From positions 1 through 15,844 of the forward strand of contig JBHLOP010000019.1 in the NCBI GenBank assembly GCA_048940375.1: a stretch of 15,844 bases of DNA. Reading direction: 5' to 3'. The notes under the pieces are model-generated. The model saw only the letters and a program-made list of their open reading frames with translations. It searched no databases and was not told the DNA's origin. The position numbers and the translations under genes are program-made. The stretch is from Promethearchaeota archaeon (lineage in GTDB: Archaea > Asgardarchaeota > Sifarchaeia > Borrarchaeales > Borrarchaeaceae). Positions 1 through 5,009 of the stretch are shown one piece after another (the first letter of the stretch is position 1; each line of letters begins with the position of its first letter).

Positions 1-208
1 AGTTGTCAATTTGAGCCTTATTTTTTCTCTTTATCTCTAAAGAGAAGAAAAAGGAAACCAGTATCTCTTTTCTTAAATTCCCAATTTAAATAAACTTTCC
101 TTTTCGATGTACAACAAAGCCAAGACTTTAGATAAAAATTCGAGATTTTTGTAAAAAATTAAGAATTGATTCTTTAATATCTTAGATAGACTATTTTTTT
201 GCTTAGAA

Positions 209-244
209 TCAAAAAATTCAAAAAAAGCGATAAAAAAAGTGAAA
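209..244 (-). terminator. T-run region (on the minus strand) downstream of the SPFH gene
   Basis: A-runs aaaaaattcaaaaaaagcgataaaaaaag on + read as repeated T-runs on the minus strand, 60-100 nt after the 306..1877 stop codon. Confidence 0.4.
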
Positions 245-305
245 GATTTGATTTTATGAGATTTCTCACGAAGATCGTTCTTTTATGAGGTTGGAACACT
301 ATTAT

Positions 306-1877
306 TTAACCTAACTGTGCTTTAAGCTCTGCAATCTCCTTCTTCAGGCGTGCAACTAAATCTGAGTGCTTCTCCTCGGAAATTTTTCCATCAAGGAGTA
401 GATCATCTGCTTTTTCTATTCTCTCTTGACGTTCTTTGATCTCCTTTTTAATTTTACCTGCATCAGTAGATGTCGTTGGAACCGTTGATGGACCTGCGAC
501 AGGAACGACACCAGCTCCAGTGACAATTGTTGGTGACGCATCAATTGAGACACCTTTCTTACCTAGTTCGCGATATCCTTCAGCTTTTACAAGTTCTTCA
601 ACGCTTATACCCGCTTCTTTGGCTCTTAAATACAACTCTGTGTCAACACCTTTCATTGTAGCATACTTTTCAGCCTCTATTCTTGCAAGTGCTTCATCTT
701 CAGCAGTTGATGAAAGTGCTTCATATTTTGCTTTCATAGCTTCTAATTCTGCGAGTTTTAACTCCTTTTCTTTTTCAAGCATCGCAAGTTCTGTTTCAGA
801 ACTTATCATTTTCGCCTTGGCAGTTTTTTGTATAACTAATTCTTCGTATTCTTCGGCTCCAGCGATGGTTGCTATTTCAAGTCGCGCTAACTGGACTCCC
901 CAATCGCCAAATGTATTCTCCGCGATTACCTTTGCTTTAGTGGAAATACCTTCGCGATTTGAAAACACATCTTCTAATGGATAGGTGGATACTGTTTGAG
1001 TTACAATTCCTCTCATTGAGTCCTTTGCCCAGTTATCAAACTCATCAGGCGCTAATTTCTCTTTACCACCAATAAAGTTTTGAACAAGGCGTTTAGGGTC
1101 ACTAATTTTGATGTATGCAGTGCCTGAGGCACCGATCTTTACCTTATCTTGTGTATAAATACGTTTAGGAACTCCCCAAGGAATTTTATATTCGCGTGTA
1201 TTTACCCATACGATTTCAGTGCCAATTAGTGCACTGTAGAGTTTTCTTACATCCATTCCGCTGAAGATTTTGTGAATTATTCCTTTAGAATCCTCTTTCC
1301 TCCACGCTTTGTCCAGTTTCCCTGCAGCTTCTAATTCTTGTGCACGTGCTCTTGCTTTTTCTTCAATCTTTCTCTCTTCTTCTGGTATTAAATCATATAC
1401 CCCTGCGCTTAATTCTCCTATCAAAGTTCCCTGTTTATAAAACAATGCTTTTTCATACGATCGTACAACAAATCCTCGAATGGGCTCCTGAAGTCTCGCA
1501 TCATATCCACACTTCTTACAGAAAGCCTGACCTGCTTTTATTGTAGAAACTCGTTCGGTAGGTATATCTGCTCCACATTTTTTACAGAATTTTTGTCCTT
1601 TATTTGCAAGTGTTCCACATTGTGGACATTTCCTTGCTTCTGCTAGTTTTCTACATCCCGGGCAGTGCATATCATAAATTGGCGGAGCATTCATAATATC
1701 TTCATACGTAAGACGATGTATTATTCCAGGATAAACTTGGTGGTTCCAAATGTATGTATATCGATCTCTACCCCATTCTTTTTCAATTACCTCATCAGCG
1801 TCTAATCCTTTGTCTGCTACTCTTTTAAGATCCTTGTCTACTTTTCTAGTTCTAAACCATTCTTTAATCGATGACAT
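306..1877 (-). CDS. SPFH (band 7/stomatin-flotillin-like, YdjI-type) domain protein with an N-terminal zinc-ribbon array, a coiled coil and a short C-terminal helical tail
   Basis: 523-aa ORF. Zinc-ribbon cysteines HCPGC..KCPQCG..FCKKCG..FCKKCG. SPFH-like segment 'GTEIVWVNTREYKIPWGVPKRIYTQDKVKIGASGTAYIKISDPKRLVQNF...' followed by a Glu/Lys/Ala-rich coiled coil. C-terminal 'ADDLLLDGKISEEKHSDLVARLKKEIAELKAQ' resembles SHOCT-like tails. Confidence 0.8.
   Translation of the reverse strand: MSSIKEWFRTRKVDKDLKRVADKGLDADEVIEKEWGRDRYTYIWNHQVYPGIIHRLTYEDIMNAPPIYDMHCPGCRKLAEARKCPQCGTLANKGQKFCKKCGADIPTERVSTIKAGQAFCKKCGYDARLQEPIRGFVVRSYEKALFYKQGTLIGELSAGVYDLIPEEERKIEEKARARAQELEAAGKLDKAWRKEDSKGIIHKIFSGMDVRKLYSALIGTEIVWVNTREYKIPWGVPKRIYTQDKVKIGASGTAYIKISDPKRLVQNFIGGKEKLAPDEFDNWAKDSMRGIVTQTVSTYPLEDVFSNREGISTKAKVIAENTFGDWGVQLARLEIATIAGAEEYEELVIQKTAKAKMISSETELAMLEKEKELKLAELEAMKAKYEALSSTAEDEALARIEAEKYATMKGVDTELYLRAKEAGISVEELVKAEGYRELGKKGVSIDASPTIVTGAGVVPVAGPSTVPTTSTDAGKIKKEIKERQERIEKADDLLLDGKISEEKHSDLVARLKKEIAELKAQLG
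1506..1664 (-). other. Zinc-ribbon array (residues ~72-124) in the SPFH protein
   Basis: Four CxxC motifs (CPGC, CPQC, CKKC, CKKC) within about 53 residues, N-terminal to the SPFH-like segment. Confidence 0.8.
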
Positions 1878-1894
1878 TTCTCTCCATCCTCTCC

Positions 1895-2362
1895 TTATCC
1901 TTTATATAGGCTTGGCACATACCAAGCTGTGCCTCCCGCATAACTAGAATCACGTCGGGTAACTCCTTCTTGCTCAAGAGTTTGTAACGCTCGCATTACA
2001 CGTTCATTGTCCCATTGTGTTTTTATCATCAGATCTTCAAGGGAAATATATCCATTTGAGGTTGCAGCCAGCTCAAGTACTGTTCGTGAATCTTCTGTCA
2101 TGCCTACGGGCACAAATTCAACAAGTTTTAAGCCTGAAGGTTTCAATACATGCATATCAGCTATCATTCCAGCTTTATCTAATTTCTTAACTGCTTTTTC
2201 AATATCATTTACATTGAATTCTATGTCTAATCTACGTTCACGCATTTTCATGTAAAGATCTGCTAGCGAACAGATGCCTCCTGTTTCATTTTTGATCATA
2301 TCTTTGAGCTTAAGAATTTCTTCACCAAGTTTCTCATAATAGTCGCCTTTGCCAAAAATTCT
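1895..2362 (-). other. EAP30 domain segment (residues ~233-387, two winged helices)
   Basis: Collinear motif match to Vps22/SNF8 described for the parent CDS. Confidence 0.82.
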
Positions 2363-3058
2363 TGGCTTTTTCGCTTTTTCGTCTTCCATTGCTTTTCTAA
2401 CTTCTCTGACTTTGCCCTTCTCTCGATGTCTCATTTGCCATAATTTTTCGTCAAGTACTTCCTCGATGTTTTTGTATACGCCATGCCATTTGCCAGGAAC
2501 CCACTGATAGATGTGTTCGGCTTCTGTCACGCCCAACAGCAAATCTTGTCTCTTCTTGAAGAGACTCACAACATCATCCATATCACTTTTTATTTCCCGG
2601 AAGAACTTCTTTCCGTCTTCTGCATTTCCATCTTCTACCTTTGGAAGTACCGTTTCTCGTAATATTTCGTTCATTGCATCGATTTCAAATAAAGTAAGCA
2701 TATCTATTCCTACAAGATTTTTGAACATATCGGACTCCAACGTTACATCAAATTTTGTTGGGCCTCCAGCAGTTTTACTTTGTTTATGAAGTTTTTCGAC
2801 CTCAAAAATGGGAGCCATCAACTCAACGTCTTGTTGAAATCTGTTCAATTTCTTTCTTAATCTTTCGCCTAACTTTAATACATCATCATTACCTAAGTCT
2901 ACTGAAGCTTTCTGGATCTCTCCTAATAGCTCATCTGAGCTTTTTAAACTATTTAACATCTTTTCTTTTAAGACGCGATCATAGTTTTCTCGCATCTCCT
3001 TCCTCCAGCCAGGCTTAATCCATTTGAAATAATTCTTAATTTTTCTAAGCCTTTCCAT
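1895..3058 (-). CDS. ESCRT-II Vps22/SNF8-like protein: C-terminal EAP30 tandem winged-helix domain after a ~230-aa mostly helical N-terminal region
   Basis: The C-terminal 155 residues run 'FGKGDYYEKLGEEILKL...NETGGICSLADLYMKMRERR...VNDIEKAVKKLDKAG...LKLVEFVPVGMTEDSRTVLELAATSNGYISLEDLMIKTQWDNERVMRALQTLEQEGV...AWYVPSLY'. This follows the eukaryotic SNF8/EAP30 pattern, remembered as GVGDFYYELG..GG.ITLEEL..DDLIRAIKKL..VP.ELN.D.TVVL.LA..NGYVT..E....L.W..ERA...L..L..EGL...YW.P.LF. Motif recognition only. Confidence 0.86.
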   Translation of the reverse strand: MERLRKIKNYFKWIKPGWRKEMRENYDRVLKEKMLNSLKSSDELLGEIQKASVDLGNDDVLKLGERLRKKLNRFQQDVELMAPIFEVEKLHKQSKTAGGPTKFDVTLESDMFKNLVGIDMLTLFEIDAMNEILRETVLPKVEDGNAEDGKKFFREIKSDMDDVVSLFKKRQDLLLGVTEAEHIYQWVPGKWHGVYKNIEEVLDEKLWQMRHREKGKVREVRKAMEDEKAKKPRIFGKGDYYEKLGEEILKLKDMIKNETGGICSLADLYMKMRERRLDIEFNVNDIEKAVKKLDKAGMIADMHVLKPSGLKLVEFVPVGMTEDSRTVLELAATSNGYISLEDLMIKTQWDNERVMRALQTLEQEGVTRRDSSYAGGTAWYVPSLYKG

Positions 3059-3090
3059 AGGTCACACTCCTTTCTTTCATTTTTTTTAAT

Positions 3091-4575
3091 TTAAACCGAC
3101 TTTTGTCTTTCAAGTTTCATACTTAATGTGCTTCCACAAGTTGGACACTTGAATTTCTCAGGCCCTACCCAATCCACGCTTTCCTCGCTCAAAGGCGCAC
3201 CACATTCTGAACATGTGGTGGGAACGGTCTTTATTAGTATTACTTCTTCTTTCTTCTCGATAACTCTCTCCTTAATGATCATCTCAGTTGGCTTGGAATT
3301 ATTCCCTTCGGAAACTGCAGCGGCTGTAACTGGATCTACGATATCCATATATGCTCTACCAATCTCAATAGTAAGTGGCTCGCTGTAAATAGCAAGTTTT
3401 TGAGATTTAAAGATTTTCGGGGCATTAAAAAGAATCTCAGTAGGATTCAAGGAATATAATCCACCAATTGTTGGTGTAACTTTAAAATCAACAGCTCTAT
3501 ACGTTCCAGGACGAATTCTTTCTATGTGCTTCCCATTACCATTTCCCACTTCAAATTCAGACGGGAAATCTGTTTTGACCTCAATATTAGTAACTTCAAA
3601 ATCAGATTTATTACGAATATCTACCGAAATAAGCCCTTCGTGGTCAATATATAACGCCTTAGCTTCTCTATCTATCTCAATGTTAGGTAGAACGAACACA
3701 GGTGTAAGATTAACATCAGTAGATGTTGGTTGAAAATTCCCTGCAGTTATAGTTGCTTGTGCACGCATCGCAAACACACCAACTTCACCTGTTGGCAGCT
3801 CTAATTCTATCTCTTCAGTTTCATCTTTCCTTAATGAAACTGAAATATCTTCATTCAAAACAGGGAAGTGCAATTTCAACTCAGTAGGTAGTTTTGCTGT
3901 GATAGTCAATGTGAGCGGAATCTGATTACCGATTTTGACAGCTTCAACAGTTTCAACATTTATACTTGGCAAGACTCTCAAAATTGGGATCCCCATACGA
4001 TTGCATACCGGGCAACCGGTATTCACAAGATTTCTGTTGCATAATACTGGATGGGCTCCAGTTTGAATCAACTTCTTCTTATTCAGTTGATTGAAGATGT
4101 CGGCTAGGTTATCTTCAACGATTTTTGGTTTTGATTTTGAAGATTCCCACCCACAAGCTACACAAGTAACTTTATAATCAGGAGCAGCTGAATCAAAGAC
4201 GCCTCCTTTTTGAAATTGCGTGAGAACCAATTGCTTTCCACATTGGGGACACAATGAGTTTAATATAGTCTGACATTTAGCATTAGGTGGCGCTGATTGA
4301 AATCCTACCCCACAGGATGGACAGAATGAAATTTTTTTCGATGCACAATGTTTGCAAAACACGCCGTGTTCAGGACAGTAAAAATTAGCGAATTTACCGC
4401 AGTGTACACAAATATAATTTGCTAATTTTTCTTTTTTCTTTCCTTCTTCAATAAGTAGCATTGAAGCCCTTGTTGTTGGAGTTGGTTTAGAGAGAGAAAA
4501 TAGTGGTGAACCACAAAAAGTACAGAATCTTAGACCTTCTCTTAGTGTTCTTCTGCATCTAGGACATGCCGGCAA
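3091..4575 (-). CDS. Zinc-finger-rich protein: N-terminal double zinc ribbon and B-box-like cluster, central beta-sandwich (Ig/CARDB-like) region, C-terminal zinc ribbon
   Basis: 494-aa ORF with TTG start (caa at 4573-4575 on +) and a good Shine-Dalgarno GGAGGA (complement of tcctcc, 4584-4589). CPRC..CTFCG; 'CVHCGKFANFYCPEHGVFCKHCASKKISFCPSCG'; CPQC..CVAC; CPVC; C-terminal CSEC..CPTC. The middle region alternates hydrophobic beta strands ('QIPLTLTITAKLP..', 'GLISVDIRNKSDFEVTNIEVKTDFPSEFEV'). Confidence 0.75.
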   Translation of the reverse strand: MPACPRCRRTLREGLRFCTFCGSPLFSLSKPTPTTRASMLLIEEGKKKEKLANYICVHCGKFANFYCPEHGVFCKHCASKKISFCPSCGVGFQSAPPNAKCQTILNSLCPQCGKQLVLTQFQKGGVFDSAAPDYKVTCVACGWESSKSKPKIVEDNLADIFNQLNKKKLIQTGAHPVLCNRNLVNTGCPVCNRMGIPILRVLPSINVETVEAVKIGNQIPLTLTITAKLPTELKLHFPVLNEDISVSLRKDETEEIELELPTGEVGVFAMRAQATITAGNFQPTSTDVNLTPVFVLPNIEIDREAKALYIDHEGLISVDIRNKSDFEVTNIEVKTDFPSEFEVGNGNGKHIERIRPGTYRAVDFKVTPTIGGLYSLNPTEILFNAPKIFKSQKLAIYSEPLTIEIGRAYMDIVDPVTAAAVSEGNNSKPTEMIIKERVIEKKEEVILIKTVPTTCSECGAPLSEESVDWVGPEKFKCPTCGSTLSMKLERQKSV

Positions 4576-4583
4576 TTTTCTAG

Positions 4584-4589
4584 TCCTCC
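4584..4589 (-). promoter_or_regulatory. Shine-Dalgarno site for the 3091..4575 gene
   Basis: GGAGGA on the minus strand, 8 nt upstream of the TTG start. Confidence 0.7.
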
Positions 4590-4615
4590 AGTTTTTTCCG
4601 ATGATTTTTTAGTTT

Positions 4616-4637
4616 TAGTACCACAATAGTGGTACTA
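4616..4637. promoter_or_regulatory. Perfect inverted repeat TAGTACCAC-aata-GTGGTACTA, possible operator or 5'-UTR hairpin
   Basis: 9-bp perfect arms with a 4-nt spacer, about 41 bp upstream of the TTG start of 3091..4575 and just downstream of a TATA-like element. Confidence 0.6.
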
Positions 4638-4662
4638 CACATATACTACTACTACATGGCGG

Positions 4663-4670
4663 TATTTAAA
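4663..4670 (-). promoter_or_regulatory. Candidate archaeal TATA box for the minus-strand three-gene operon
   Basis: TTTAAATA on the minus strand. A start site about 25 nt downstream would fall near 4640, immediately before the palindrome. Confidence 0.45.
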
Positions 4671-5009
4671 AATTTTGAGAAAACTCTCCGCATTTCAATT
4701 ATAATTGTTTCAATCAAGCGAAAAACATGTCCTGGTGAATATTTAGAATGTTACATTTATCACAAAGGTTTTTATTTTACATTAGTTAATTTGCGACAAA
4801 TAACTTAATGTTGGATTGCTTAACTGCCGAAATTATATCGATTTATTGACAGATGCGCTTTCATCTTCAGAATTATCTAGTCAATTAGCTCGAAAAAGTC
4901 TTTTCCAAAATTTTAGATATTTATGTCGGACGCAACATTTCTATAGGAGTTATTCAACTCTTAAAATTAGAACTACTATAAAATCAGATATAAAAGAAAA
5001 TTTGGAGAT

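Noticed and set aside
436-984. 182-aa + strand ORF antisense to the SPFH gene
   Set aside because: Ser/Ala-rich translation with no recognisable domain; it mirrors the codon bias of the real minus-strand gene and is a shadow ORF.
2007-3018. + strand ORFs at 2007-2255, 2511-2789 and 2755-3018
   Set aside because: All antisense to the EAP30 gene, which has strong homology support; low-complexity Ser/Ile/Phe-rich shadow translations.
1895-3058. Generic winged-helix transcription regulator call for this protein
   Set aside because: The two C-terminal winged helices and the GDYYEKLG lead-in follow Vps22/SNF8 order and spacing, which explains the sequence better than a DNA-binding regulator.
4645-4655. 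ACTACTACTAC triplet repeat
   Set aside because: Only about 3.7 copies; too short to call a functional tandem repeat, though it lies near the palindrome.
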